Source of the DNA: Candidatus Entotheonellaceae bacterium
Lineage (GTDB): Bacteria; Tectomicrobia; Entotheonellia; Entotheonellales; Entotheonellaceae
Assembly (NCBI GenBank): GCA_965238075.1
Contig: OZ250173.1
Span: forward strand, 1,728,001-1,792,000
Length of the DNA: 64,000 bases
Direction: 5' to 3'
Shown here piece after piece: positions 23,429 to 33,134 of this stretch. Numbering within the stretch: position 1 is the first letter of the stretch; the number at the start of each line of letters is the position of its first letter. The position numbers were made by a program, and so were the translations under genes. The notes under the pieces were generated by a model. That model saw nothing but the letters and a program-made list of their open reading frames with translations, made no database searches and was not told the origin of the DNA.

Positions 23429-24667
23429 ATGTCACGCAAAAACCCGCAGGGTGACAAGCTGCGGTGCTCGTTTTGTGGCAAGAACGAGGACGAGGTGAGG
23501 CGGCTCATCGCTGGCCCGACCGTGTATATCTGCGACGAATGCATTGATCTCTGCAACGACATCATTCTCGAAGAAGGGGCAAACGAAAAGGCCGCGATTA
23601 TGCAGCGCTTGCTGACCCCCAAGGAGATCAACCAGCGGCTCGACGAATACATCATCGGCCAGGTGCATGCCAAGAAAGTGCTTTCGGTGGCGGTGTACAA
23701 CCACTACAAGCGCATCGAGGCGAACGCGAGTTCGGATGACATTGAGTTGCAGAAAAGCAACGTGCTGCTCATCGGCCCGACCGGTTCCGGCAAGACGTTG
23801 TTGGCGCAAACGCTGGCCCGCATTCTGGATGTGCCGTTCACCATTGCGGATGCCACCACGTTGACCGAAGCGGGCTACGTGGGGGAAGACGTCGAGAACA
23901 TTATCCTGCGCTTGTTGCAGGCAGCCGATTACGACGTGGAGCGCGCCGAGCGGGGCATTATCTATATAGACGAGATCGACAAGATCAGCCGCAAGGCTGA
24001 AAACCCCTCCATCACGCGTGATGTCTCCGGCGAGGGCGTGCAACAGGCCCTGTTGAAGATCATTGAAGGCACCGTAGCCAGCGTGCCCCCGCAGGGTGGC
24101 CGCAAACACCCGCATCAGGAATTTCTGCAGGTCGATACCACGAATATCCTTTTTGTCTGCGGCGGCGCGTTTCACGGGCTGGAGAAGATCATTGAGCAGC
24201 GCATGAGCAAACGCACCATGGGGTTTGAAGCCCAGCTTTACTCCAGGAATGACGAACCGCTGGGTGAAATCCTGTCGCGCGTGCAGCCCGAGGACCTACT
24301 CAAGAATGGTCTCATCCCGGAATTCGTGGGCCGCCTACCCATCGTGGCGACGCTTGAGGAACTCACCGAGGACGACTTCGTGTGTATCCTCACGACCCCT
24401 AAGAACGCTCTTGTCCGGCAATATCAGAAGTGTTTCGATTTTGAAAAGGTGGCCCTCACGTTTACCGACGACGCGCTCCGGGCTATCGCCCAAGAGGCGT
24501 TGCACCGCAAGACCGGCGCCCGCGGACTGCGGTCGATCCTGGAAGAAGTGATGCTCGATACGATGTATGAACTGCCTTCCCGACACGACATTCAGGAGTG
24601 CACGATCACCCGCGACGTGGTCACGAAACGCCAGCAGCCGGCGCTATTTTTCAAGCAAGCCAGCTAG
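23429..24667 (+). CDS. clpX: Clp protease ATP-binding subunit
   Basis: CSFC..CDEC zinc finger, [28 protein letters not shown]. Confidence 0.98.
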   Translation: MSRKNPQGDKLRCSFCGKNEDEVRRLIAGPTVYICDECIDLCNDIILEEGANEKAAIMQRLLTPKEINQRLDEYIIGQVHAKKVLSVAVYNHYKRIEANASSDDIELQKSNVLLIGPTGSGKTLLAQTLARILDVPFTIADATTLTEAGYVGEDVENIILRLLQAADYDVERAERGIIYIDEIDKISRKAENPSITRDVSGEGVQQALLKIIEGTVASVPPQGGRKHPHQEFLQVDTTNILFVCGGAFHGLEKIIEQRMSKRTMGFEAQLYSRNDEPLGEILSRVQPEDLLKNGLIPEFVGRLPIVATLEELTEDDFVCILTTPKNALVRQYQKCFDFEKVALTFTDDALRAIAQEALHRKTGARGLRSILEEVMLDTMYELPSRHDIQECTITRDVVTKRQQPALFFKQAS

Positions 24668-24699
24668 CTTGCAACCCTTTGCGGGCGCCATGTTTTCGC

Positions 24700-24728
24700 T
24701 TGACAAGCGTTTTTTCCAACGGTACTCT
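24700..24728 (+). promoter_or_regulatory. Sigma70-type promoter for tRNA-Val/infC
   Basis: TTGACA-N17-TACTCT, 18 bp upstream of tRNA-Val. Confidence 0.7.
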
Positions 24729-24746
24729 CAGCTCCGTTTTTTTCAT

Positions 24747-24818
24747 AGGCACGTAGCTCAGGGGGAGAGCGCTTGCTTGACGCGCAAGAGGTCGGCGGTT
24801 CAAGACCGCCCGTGCCTA
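24747..24818 (+). tRNA. tRNA-Val(GAC)
   Basis: AGGCACG/CGTGCCT acceptor, CTTGC-TTGACGC-GCAAG, GGCGG-TTCAAGA-CCGCC. Confidence 0.93.
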
Positions 24819-24954
24819 TTCCGAACCATACGGTTTCCAAACAGTGCGCATCGCAAAGAGGGTGAAGATGCGTTTGAAGGGGTCGCGGGCTGGCTAGGCA
24901 GGTGTGCAGAGGCACCTTCTCAATTATGTACTTTGGTCTTAGGAGTAGGTCACT

Positions 24955-25467
24955 ATATCTAAGCAGCAACGTATTAATAGGATGATTCGGGTTCCGGAGG
25001 TTCGCGTCATCGGTCAGGAAGGTGCCCAATTGGGTATCATATTGACGTCGGACGCTTTGCAGATGGCTGAAGAGCAAGGCTTGGATCTGGTCGAAGTCGC
25101 CCCGAACGAAAAGCCGCCTGTCTGCCGAATCATGGATTACGGCAAGTACAAATACCAGCAAAGTAAACGCCTCCAGCAGGCCAAGAAAAAGCAAAAGGTC
25201 ATTCTTGTAAAAGAAATCAAGTTGCGGCCGAAGACTGAAGAGCATGACTATAACTTCAAAAGCCAACACGTACGGCGTTTTCTTCAGGACGGGCACAAGG
25301 CGAAAGTCACCATCGTTTTTCGGGGCCGCGAGATGGCCCATACCGAGTTGGGCCGGCGCATACTGGACCGCATGGCCGGAGAATTGGAAGACGTAAGCAC
25401 CATCGAGCAAACACCCAAGCAGGAAGGCCGCAGTCTGGCGATGGTTCTGAGCCCGCGGTCGTCCTGA
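24955..25467 (+). CDS. infC: Translation initiation factor IF-3, probable ATA start
   Basis: DLVEVAP, VCRIMDYGKYKY, KEIKLRP, FRGRE; in-frame ATA at 24955 restores the conserved RIN..I N-terminus and follows AGGAGTAGGT. Confidence 0.95.
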   Translation: MSKQQRINRMIRVPEVRVIGQEGAQLGIILTSDALQMAEEQGLDLVEVAPNEKPPVCRIMDYGKYKYQQSKRLQQAKKKQKVILVKEIKLRPKTEEHDYNFKSQHVRRFLQDGHKAKVTIVFRGREMAHTELGRRILDRMAGELEDVSTIEQTPKQEGRSLAMVLSPRSS

Positions 25468-25499
25468 GTTCTTAATGGTGTTTTTTGAGGGATGAGTTA

Positions 25500-25694
25500 A
25501 TGCCAAAGATGAAGAGTAATCGAAGCGCCAGAAAACGCTTCTCTTTCACCTCGCAGGGTAATATACGACGCGCTCACGCCTTTAAGCGGCACAAACTGGC
25601 CATAAAGACGCGCAAACGCAAACGTGGCCTGCGTCAATCCACCCTGGTATCCGCTGCCGACAGCCGGCGTATGAAACGCCTCCTTCTCGTTTGA
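25500..25694 (+). CDS. rpmI: 50S ribosomal protein L35
   Basis: MPKMKSNRSARKRF; infC-rpmI-rplT order. Confidence 0.95.
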   Translation: MPKMKSNRSARKRFSFTSQGNIRRAHAFKRHKLAIKTRKRKRGLRQSTLVSAADSRRMKRLLLV

Positions 25695-25728
25695 GTTTCC
25701 TTCACCGTCACAAGACAGGAAAAGAATC

Positions 25729-26085
25729 ATGCCACGAGCAACGAGTGGTTCAGTCACGCATCGGCGCCATAAGCGTATGTTGCAACACGCAAAGGGCAAC
25801 CGGGGCGGTCGTGGTAATTTGTACCGGCGAGCTCGCGAGACAGTCGAACGCGGTTGGAAGTTTGCGTATCGTGACCGCAAGGCCCGCAAGAGAGATTTTC
25901 GCCGGTTGTGGATTATCCGTATCAATGCCGCAGCACGCATGCACGGGTTGACCTACAGCAGGTTCATGTCAGGTCTCAAGCTGGCCAATGTCGATCTCGA
26001 CCGCCGGGTATTGGCATCAGTGGCCATGCACGAGCCTGAAGCGTTTGCCGAAGTGGCGGCGCTTGCCAAAAAACACCTGTCCTGA
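25729..26085 (+). CDS. rplT: 50S ribosomal protein L20
   Basis: AYRDRKARKRDFRRLWIIRINAAAR. Confidence 0.97.
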   Translation: MPRATSGSVTHRRHKRMLQHAKGNRGGRGNLYRRARETVERGWKFAYRDRKARKRDFRRLWIIRINAAARMHGLTYSRFMSGLKLANVDLDRRVLASVAMHEPEAFAEVAALAKKHLS

Positions 26086-26104
26086 GGGACAAAGGCTTGC
26101 CGAA

Positions 26105-26126
26105 TCACAAAGCGCCGGCTTTGTGA
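26105..26126. other. Perfect 9-bp hairpin after rplT (no U-tract)
   Basis: TCACAAAGC-GCCG-GCTTTGTGA. Confidence 0.5.
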
Positions 26127-26142
26127 CGCTTGAGGCCCCTGG

Positions 26143-26463
26143 ATGGACGTGAACCAATTCATCATACTTGAAGCTCAGGTTGAGCGATTGCTTCTGTCCC
26201 ATGACCGTTTGAAGCGGGATAACAAGCAATTGCAGTCCGAGATCGGGCAATTGCAATCCGAGATCGGGCAATTGCAGTCCGACGTGTCAGTCCGGGAGAA
26301 GCGAATCACCGGTCTGCAAAACGCACGGGAAAGGTTCACGCAATTGCGTGCGATTGTGCAGGATCTGCAACAGGAGCGGTTCGTCGTACATAAGAAGCTT
26401 CAGGAGTTGTTGCAGATTGTTGAGCAGCTTGAAAATTCCCCTCAGAGGCGTGAAACAGGCTAG
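26143..26463 (+). CDS. ZapB-like coiled-coil protein
   Basis: LEAQVERLL..LKRDN..ERFVVHKKLQELL pattern; immediately upstream of zapA. Confidence 0.7.
   Translation: MDVNQFIILEAQVERLLLSHDRLKRDNKQLQSEIGQLQSEIGQLQSDVSVREKRITGLQNARERFTQLRAIVQDLQQERFVVHKKLQELLQIVEQLENSPQRRETG
26227..26282 (+). repeat. 21-bp tandem repeat (about 2.7 copies) encoding QLQSEIG heptads
   Basis: CAATTGCA(G/A)TCCGAGATCGGG x2 plus CAATTGCAGTCCGA. Confidence 0.9.
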
Positions 26464-26489
26464 GATTCGGGCAAACGAAGGGGCTCAGT

Positions 26490-26780
26490 GTGGTAGAGGA
26501 CGTTGAGGTCGAGATATTCGGACAGACGTTCCGGCTTTCTGCCGGGGCAGCGGAATCCGACTACATGCAACGGTTGGCAGCGCACGTCGATGAGAGAATC
26601 CGCGCCATCGCTGACGTAAGTCCGTCCGTATCTTTCAATCGTTTGGCCATCTTGGCTGCCCTCAACATTGCCGATGATCTCTTCAAACTCCAAGATGACT
26701 TAGACCATGCCTCGCAACTCATGGACGCGAAGACCGACAGGCTCATCGCAGCGATCAAACAACAACTGACAACGAACTAA
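26490..26780 (+). CDS. zapA: Cell division protein ZapA
   Basis: VEIFGQTF, LAAHVDERI, LAILAALNIADDL. Confidence 0.92.
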   Translation: MVEDVEVEIFGQTFRLSAGAAESDYMQRLAAHVDERIRAIADVSPSVSFNRLAILAALNIADDLFKLQDDLDHASQLMDAKTDRLIAAIKQQLTTN

Positions 26781-26904
26781 ACCCTGGCCCCCATCAGCCA
26801 CTGACCGCTCTTGATCTTCCATGAACGGTCCGACCCCCGTTTAGATAAATCCCCGCCCCGCCCGTATTCAACCTTTGTAATCAGCCAAGGCATCAACACA
26901 AACC

Positions 26905-27480
26905 ATGCTCACCAAAGCACAGTTGCGTGAATCGTGTCTGGCTCGACGAGCGGCCCTGACGACGGCGAAACGCCGCCAAATGAGCGCCGCAATCGCCAAG
27001 CATGTTTGCGCCATGCCGGCTTTTCAGGACAGCCAGACGGTCATGCTTTACATGGCGTTGCCGCAGGAAGCGCAGACCGCGGCAATCCTCGCGGAAAGCC
27101 GCTATCAAGGAAAGCGGGTAACGGTCCCCGTCGTAAAGCCGTGCGGACTCGTTGCCGCGGAACTGCCGACGGGCCAACTCCAATTTCAGCCGGGCCCCTT
27201 TGACATTCCCGAACCTGCCGTCAGCACGGCGATCATACCCCCCGAAGATATCAACTGCGTCATGGTCCCTGGCATCGCTTTTGACCGCCGCGGCGCGCGA
27301 TTGGGATTCGGAAAAGGCTATTACGACCGCTTCTTGTGCCAACTCCCCGCCACGACGCATGTGTGCGGCTTGGCCTTCTCGGTGCAGATTGTCCAACATG
27401 TGCCCGACCTGCCGCACGACGTCCGCATGCAGTCGCTGGTGACCGACCAGGGCGTGCTGCTTTGCGAAGACACCCGCTAA
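26905..27480 (+). CDS. 5-formyltetrahydrofolate cyclo-ligase
   Basis: KAQLR, IPEP, VPGIAFDRRGARLGFGKGYYDRFL, PHDV. Confidence 0.95.
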   Translation: MLTKAQLRESCLARRAALTTAKRRQMSAAIAKHVCAMPAFQDSQTVMLYMALPQEAQTAAILAESRYQGKRVTVPVVKPCGLVAAELPTGQLQFQPGPFDIPEPAVSTAIIPPEDINCVMVPGIAFDRRGARLGFGKGYYDRFLCQLPATTHVCGLAFSVQIVQHVPDLPHDVRMQSLVTDQGVLLCEDTR

Positions 27481-28481
27481 GCCGGACGCGCCGCCACCGC
27501 TCCGCTCAAGGTCTGCTGCAAATGGACCAGCAGGCGCTCAAAGACAAGCTGGGGATTGACGTTCATGGCGAGGTAATGGCGAAGCTGCTCAATGAGGTCA
27601 CGCGTATCGAGCAGCCATTCATGCGTCAACGGGCGTGACAGCTCATTCAATTCCGCACGCATGTCCTGGTTATAAAGTGGTGCCGCCGGGGCGACTTTAA
27701 GCACCACCATGTCCCGGCATAGAAGCTCAAGCCATCGCAACAACTCTTCGCACTGTTCCCGTCTGCCGGCAAACTGTCTCGCCTTGCTGAAAAGACTGGG
27801 ATCCTTGGCGCCCAACGCATCGGACAGCAGGGTATACGCCGCCTGTCGTTTGGCGAGTATCTGCGCGGGCTCTGTTTCCGCAAACGCACCCAGACTGCCT
27901 TCCACCAGCGAAGCGGCAGCCCTAGCGGTCTCAGCGTCCACCCCTCGCTGCGAAAGAATGCTTGCAATGTGTTGCGGCGCAAGGGGCTGAAAGGGCAGGA
28001 GTTGACAGCGCGAAATAATGGTCAGCGGCAGCGCCTCCTTCCTGCCAGCCAACAGCAGTAGCAGCGCATTACCGGGCGGCTCCTCCAGCGTCTTCAAAAG
28101 AGCGTGGGCCGCCGGGAGCGTCAGCAACTCACAACCGTCGATGATAATCGTGGTGCGCTGGCTTTCGTACGGCTTATAGCTGAGGCGATTCTGGATCATG
28201 CGAACGGCTTCGATCCTGATCGAGGCGCCCTCCGGCTCGATCAGCAGCACATCGGGATGGTTCCGGCTGGCGATCTTGCGGCACGTTGTGCAGGCGTCGC
28301 AGGCATCGGCGGTGGCAGCGGTGCAATACAGCGCCTTGGTGAATTGCAAGGCCGAGAGTTTCTTGCCCGTGCCGTTGGGTCCATAGAACAGATAGGCATG
28401 CGATAAACGGTCACTTTTCAGCGCTTTTCGCAACCGCGCGACGGCCCGTTCCTGTCCCAAAATACCTTCAAAACTCACCAC
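27477..28481 (-). CDS. holB: DNA polymerase III delta' subunit
   Basis: HAYLFYGPNGTGK, CxxC zinc motif, NHPD, LLKTLEEPP, TIISRCQ. Confidence 0.93.
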   Translation of the reverse strand: MVSFEGILGQERAVARLRKALKSDRLSHAYLFYGPNGTGKKLSALQFTKALYCTAATADACDACTTCRKIASRNHPDVLLIEPEGASIRIEAVRMIQNRLSYKPYESQRTTIIIDGCELLTLPAAHALLKTLEEPPGNALLLLLAGRKEALPLTIISRCQLLPFQPLAPQHIASILSQRGVDAETARAAASLVEGSLGAFAETEPAQILAKRQAAYTLLSDALGAKDPSLFSKARQFAGRREQCEELLRWLELLCRDMVVLKVAPAAPLYNQDMRAELNELSRPLTHEWLLDTRDLIEQLRHYLAMNVNPQLVFERLLVHLQQTLSGAVAARPA

Positions 28482-28627
28482 CGCTCCTTGTGCTATATAG
28501 TCGAAATATCCCTAACGTATCACGGCGAACCGGCTTCTGCCATCCCGACGCGCGGTGCTCCGCAGGTAAGGATTACGCCACGCAAACCGCCCCAAGATGA
28601 CCGTTAGGAAATTGTTCATCACCGTCC

Positions 28628-28682
28628 TTGCGGTTGAAACGTTGATGGGTATAATGGCGCATTCTTCGCCCTTGAATTCATC
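28628..28682 (+). promoter_or_regulatory. Probable hrcA promoter with a degenerate CIRCE-like site
   Basis: TTGCGG-N16-TATAAT followed by GGCGCATTC-N9-GAATTCATC. Confidence 0.4.
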
Positions 28683-28701
28683 GTGGCAGGAAGGTGTACG
28701 C

Positions 28702-29757
28702 ATGCCTCAGACGCCAGAACTCGAAGTCTTGGATGGACGCACGCAAAGCATTTTGACGGCCATCGTGCATTGTTTCATTCAGAACGCCGAGCCCATCGGT
28801 TCTCGGACGATATCGAAACGCTTCGATTTCGGCCTGAGCCCGGCAACCATCCGCAACGTGATGTCCGACCTCGAGGACCTCGGATTCCTGGAGCAACCGC
28901 ACACCTCCGCAGGACGCATGCCCACCGACAAAGGCTATCGATTCTACGTCAATCACCTAAGCGACCTCGATGTTCTCAGCAGCGAGGATTCCGCTCGTAT
29001 CTCGCAGCGCTATACGCTTTATCGCGGCGAAGTCGACGAGGTGATGGCGGAAACCTCCCGCCTGCTCTCGGAGGTCACGCAGTACGCCGGGGTGGTCCTT
29101 CGCACCTTCACCACCACGATTTTCAAACGCATCGAGTTTGTCAAAGTACGCGACCATCAGGTCATGGCGATTTTCGTCATGGAATCCGGGATGATCCAGA
29201 ACAAGCTGATTATGCTCGACGACGAGTTGAGTCAAGACGACCTACATCGCATCTCCAATTATCTCAATTATGAATTTGCCAACCAGCCGCTGCGTGAGAT
29301 TCGCCGCCAAGTGCTCGAACGCATGCAGGAGGACAAAGCACAATACGACAGCCTCGTCCAGCAGGCGATGCACGTGGGCGAAAAGACGTTTGCCGACACC
29401 GTGGAAAGCGAGAGCGACATTTATCTGGGCGGCACAGTCAACATTCTGGATCAGCCCGAATTCGCCTCGAATGTCGATCAGATGAAGGACCTCTTCGCGG
29501 CGTTTGAAGAAAAGAATCGGTTGATCAGCGTGCTCGACAAGTGTCTTGAGGAAACCGGCGTGAATGTCGTTATAGGCTCGGAAACCCCCTTCAAGGATAT
29601 TCACAAGTGCAGCTTCGTAACCCACACCTACACCTATGCCGACCGCACGATCGGCGTCCTCGGTGTACTCGGTCCAAAACGCATGGCCTATCCGCACGTC
29701 ATGGCCGTCGTTGATTACACCGCACAGCTCGTCAGCAAAATCCTCACCCAGGGTTAG
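28702..29757 (+). CDS. hrcA: Heat-inducible transcription repressor
   Basis: EPIGSRT, SPATIRNVMSDLE, QPHTSAGRMPTDKGYRFYV, GVLGPKRM. Confidence 0.96.
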   Translation: MPQTPELEVLDGRTQSILTAIVHCFIQNAEPIGSRTISKRFDFGLSPATIRNVMSDLEDLGFLEQPHTSAGRMPTDKGYRFYVNHLSDLDVLSSEDSARISQRYTLYRGEVDEVMAETSRLLSEVTQYAGVVLRTFTTTIFKRIEFVKVRDHQVMAIFVMESGMIQNKLIMLDDELSQDDLHRISNYLNYEFANQPLREIRRQVLERMQEDKAQYDSLVQQAMHVGEKTFADTVESESDIYLGGTVNILDQPEFASNVDQMKDLFAAFEEKNRLISVLDKCLEETGVNVVIGSETPFKDIHKCSFVTHTYTYADRTIGVLGVLGPKRMAYPHVMAVVDYTAQLVSKILTQG

Positions 29758-29835
29758 CGGTCCTGACCTCTGATGTCCCCACCTTAGCTCCGGCGTCTCC
29801 CTGAAATCCTCCAACTATTGAAACCGGTGGCCTGG

Positions 29836-30771
29836 ATGCAATGGTGGAACGTTTACGTGCAAACGCCGGCGCATACAAGCGATGCGGTTAGCGCCTACCT
29901 CGATCGCCTGGGTTCGGCAGCGGTTATCATCCATGAGCACGCCAGACTGTCGGCCTGCCGGGAACCCTGCGTGGACAACACGCTTTACATTCGGGGCTCG
30001 ACCGTCCTGCAAGCGGCCTTCGCGGGGCATGAAGAACTCTTGACACGGCTTGCCGTCTTGCAACGATTCATGGCCACCGGCGCCGGGTCCGAAGCGATCC
30101 TGCCTTGGGCCTTATACTGCTGCAAACTGAGTGACCAACGATATCTGACCCAATGGCAGGACTTCTTTCATCCTTTCTGGGTGGATGATCGCTTGCTCAT
30201 TCGTCCTTCCTGGGACACCTCACCCATGGCGCGCGACAAGGCATGCCTGACCATTGATCCGGGTTTGGCCTTCGGAACCGGCACGCACCCAACCACCCGC
30301 ATGTGCCTGGACATGCTGGCCGACTACGCCCCGCAATACCAAGGCGGTGATCTTCTTGACGCGGGCTGTGGCTCGGGTATCCTGTCGCTGGCTGCTCTGC
30401 GGCTCGGCTTGCGCACCGCAGTCGGCGTGGACGTGGACCCCCAAGCGGTTGTCGTAGCGATCGACAATGCCGCGACGAATGACCTGCAGAAACAGGTGCA
30501 ATTCATTTCCGGCTGGTGCGACGCTGCCACCGGGCCATTCGACATGATTGTAGCGAATATCTTTCTCGGGCCGTTGGTCGAGATGATGCAAACCCTGCGT
30601 CGTCGTCTGAGGCCGGGAGGCACCCTGATCGCATCTGGAATTATCGCTCCCCAGGAAGCCACGTTGACGGCGTCGCTCAAGACAGCCGGACTGGGTGTTT
30701 GCTCCCGGATGCTGACAGACGGCTGGATTGCCTTGGCTGCCCAATCTGTCCGGGATGCGTCGGCAAAGTGA
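29836..30771 (+). CDS. prmA: Ribosomal protein L11 methyltransferase
   Basis: IDPGLAFGTGTHPTT, DAGCGSGIL, VANI; start uncertain (29818 TTG or 29836 ATG). Confidence 0.93.
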   Translation: MQWWNVYVQTPAHTSDAVSAYLDRLGSAAVIIHEHARLSACREPCVDNTLYIRGSTVLQAAFAGHEELLTRLAVLQRFMATGAGSEAILPWALYCCKLSDQRYLTQWQDFFHPFWVDDRLLIRPSWDTSPMARDKACLTIDPGLAFGTGTHPTTRMCLDMLADYAPQYQGGDLLDAGCGSGILSLAALRLGLRTAVGVDVDPQAVVVAIDNAATNDLQKQVQFISGWCDAATGPFDMIVANIFLGPLVEMMQTLRRRLRPGGTLIASGIIAPQEATLTASLKTAGLGVCSRMLTDGWIALAAQSVRDASAK

Positions 30772-30784
30772 GCTCAAGAATCGT

Positions 30785-31528
30785 ATGCACCGCGCGTATG
30801 TAGCCCCGGGAATCCTTGACGAATCCGTCATCTCGCTACCGCGCGATACAGCCCACTACGTCGCCCGCGTGCTGCGGTTAAGGGTGGGCGACCAGATCGG
30901 CCTGTTCGATGGCAATGGCCGGGAATGTGTCGTTCGTCTGACACATGTATCGGCCGGTCTTGTTCAAGGCGAGCGGGTGACCCTGCTGGCGTCGTCGCCG
31001 TCCTGCAGCAGGGTTGTCGTGCTAGGGCAGGGACTTCCTCAGGGCGCCAGGATGGACTGGATCGTCGAGAAATGTTCCGAGTTGGGATTGTCTACGCTGG
31101 TGCCTCTCCACACCGAGCTGTCGGTGGTGCGGAGCGTTGGCCAGCGCATGACTGAGAAAATGGCCCGTTGGCAGCGCATTGCGGCGGCAGCGGCCGGCCA
31201 GTGCGGACGCCGAACGTTGCTCGAACTCGGTACCCCGTCGTCATTGGCCGATTTTTGCGCCCGCTACGACGCGGCACCCGTTAAGATCATTTGTTGGGAA
31301 CAGGAAAAATCACGCGGCATCCGGCAGGTGTTAGAGACCAGAGATGATCGCTACCCCATTGCCGTTCTCGTGGGACCGGAAAGCGGGTTCACCGAAGACG
31401 AAGTCGCCGTGGCCGAGGCGCACGGTTTCGTGCCGGTGAGCCTGGGACCGCGGCGCCTGCGCACCGAAACCGCGGCTGTCGCCGTGACCGGCATCATCCG
31501 CTACAGCCGCGGCGAACTCGATCCCTGA
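30785..31528 (+). CDS. rsmE: 16S rRNA m3U1498 methyltransferase
   Basis: HYVARVLRL, EKCSELG, VGPESGF, SLGPRRLRTETA. Confidence 0.94.
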   Translation: MHRAYVAPGILDESVISLPRDTAHYVARVLRLRVGDQIGLFDGNGRECVVRLTHVSAGLVQGERVTLLASSPSCSRVVVLGQGLPQGARMDWIVEKCSELGLSTLVPLHTELSVVRSVGQRMTEKMARWQRIAAAAAGQCGRRTLLELGTPSSLADFCARYDAAPVKIICWEQEKSRGIRQVLETRDDRYPIAVLVGPESGFTEDEVAVAEAHGFVPVSLGPRRLRTETAAVAVTGIIRYSRGELDP

Positions 31529-31538
31529 GGAAGACGGA

Positions 31539-33110
31539 ATGAATAAAATCAAGCGCGCCCTCGTCAGCGTGTCGGACAAGGAGGGCATTGTTCCCTTTGT
31601 GGAGCAGTTGCGGCACTACGACATCGAAATCCTGTCCACCGGCGGCACCGCTACCGCCTTGCGGGATCGCGGCATTCCGGTCGTGTCTGTGGAGGACGTT
31701 ACCGGCATGCCGGAGATGCTCGGCGGCCGGGTCAAGACCCTGCACCCCCGCCTGCACGGCGGGATTCTCGCCCAACGCGACAGACCCGATCAAATGGCTG
31801 ACGCCGTCTCACACGACTTGCCCCTCATCGATCTGGTTGTCGTCAACCTCTACCCCTTCGAGACCATGACGGGAAACGGCGATCTCTCCCTGGACGAAGC
31901 GCTCTCCTACATTGACATCGGCGGCGTGGCGATGCTGCGAGCCGCCGCCAAGAATTTCGCGGACGTGGCGGTGGTGTGCCAACCGCACCAGTACGATGAG
32001 GTATTGACGGATCTGCGGCAAAACGACGGTGCCACCAGCCTCCCCCTACGCCAACGATTGGCCCTGGAGACGTTTCAGCGCACAGCCGCCTACGATGCCG
32101 CCATCGGCACCTATCTACACGCTGCCGGCCATGAGCAAGCCGACGCGACCTCCTTCGCCCAGCAGGAAACCCTGGTTCTGCGTCGGGAACGCGCCCTGCG
32201 CTACGGGGAAAATCCGCATCAGGGTGCGGCGTTGTACGCATCCGTGCCGGCCGTACGCCCGAACCTGATACAGGCTCAACAACTGCACGGCAAGGAACTG
32301 TCGTTCAACAATCTCGCGGACGCCGATGCTGCGCTGGCGGCCGTGCAGGAATTCGAAGAGCTGGCGGTGGTCATCCTGAAGCACCAGACGCCGTGCGGCA
32401 TTGCCGTAGCGCCCACGGCCGCCGAGGCGTACGAGCGAGCCTATGCCACCGACCCGGACTCCGCCTCGGGCGGCGTCATCAGCTGCAATCGGGAAGTGGA
32501 CGCCGCCATGGCCGAGGCAATCGGAGACCGGTTCCTGGAAGTCCTGCTGGCCCCTTCGTTCCACCCGGAGGCCTTGGCGTTGTTGACCCGGAGGCGAAAC
32601 CGCATCCTGCTAGCCTGGGGTATGGACGCCGATACAGCGAGCAACCAAAGGCCCCGGCGCCAGTGGCGCAGCATCGCCGGCGGCGCACTGGTGCAGGACG
32701 TTGACCAAGCCCTCCTGACCCCCGAAGATCTGCGCATCGTCACGGAACGTCAACCCACCCCGGCGCAAATGCAAGCAATTCTGTTTGCCTGGAAGGTCGT
32801 CAAGCACGTCAAATCCAACGCCGTCGTTCTGGTGCGCGACACGCAGACGGTCGGCATCGGCTCCGGGCAGATGAGCCGCGCGGACGCCAGTCGCATGGCC
32901 CTGATGAAGACCCGCAGCAACACGAAAGGGTGTGTGGCGGCGTCGGACGCCTTTTTCCCCTTCCGCGACGGTGTGGACCTCATCGCCGAGGCGGGGGTCG
33001 AGGCCGTCATCCAGCCGGGCGGCTCCGTGCGGGACAAGGAAACCATCGCCGCGGCCAACGAGCACGGCATCGTCATGGCGTTCTCCGGCGTGCGGGCGTT
33101 CAGACACTAA
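31539..33110 (+). CDS. purH: Bifunctional AICAR transformylase/IMP cyclohydrolase
   Basis: [36 protein letters not shown]. Confidence 0.97.
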   Translation: MNKIKRALVSVSDKEGIVPFVEQLRHYDIEILSTGGTATALRDRGIPVVSVEDVTGMPEMLGGRVKTLHPRLHGGILAQRDRPDQMADAVSHDLPLIDLVVVNLYPFETMTGNGDLSLDEALSYIDIGGVAMLRAAAKNFADVAVVCQPHQYDEVLTDLRQNDGATSLPLRQRLALETFQRTAAYDAAIGTYLHAAGHEQADATSFAQQETLVLRRERALRYGENPHQGAALYASVPAVRPNLIQAQQLHGKELSFNNLADADAALAAVQEFEELAVVILKHQTPCGIAVAPTAAEAYERAYATDPDSASGGVISCNREVDAAMAEAIGDRFLEVLLAPSFHPEALALLTRRRNRILLAWGMDADTASNQRPRRQWRSIAGGALVQDVDQALLTPEDLRIVTERQPTPAQMQAILFAWKVVKHVKSNAVVLVRDTQTVGIGSGQMSRADASRMALMKTRSNTKGCVAASDAFFPFRDGVDLIAEAGVEAVIQPGGSVRDKETIAAANEHGIVMAFSGVRAFRH

Positions 33111-33134
33111 CCCAGCGAAGCGAGGCATGTCACC

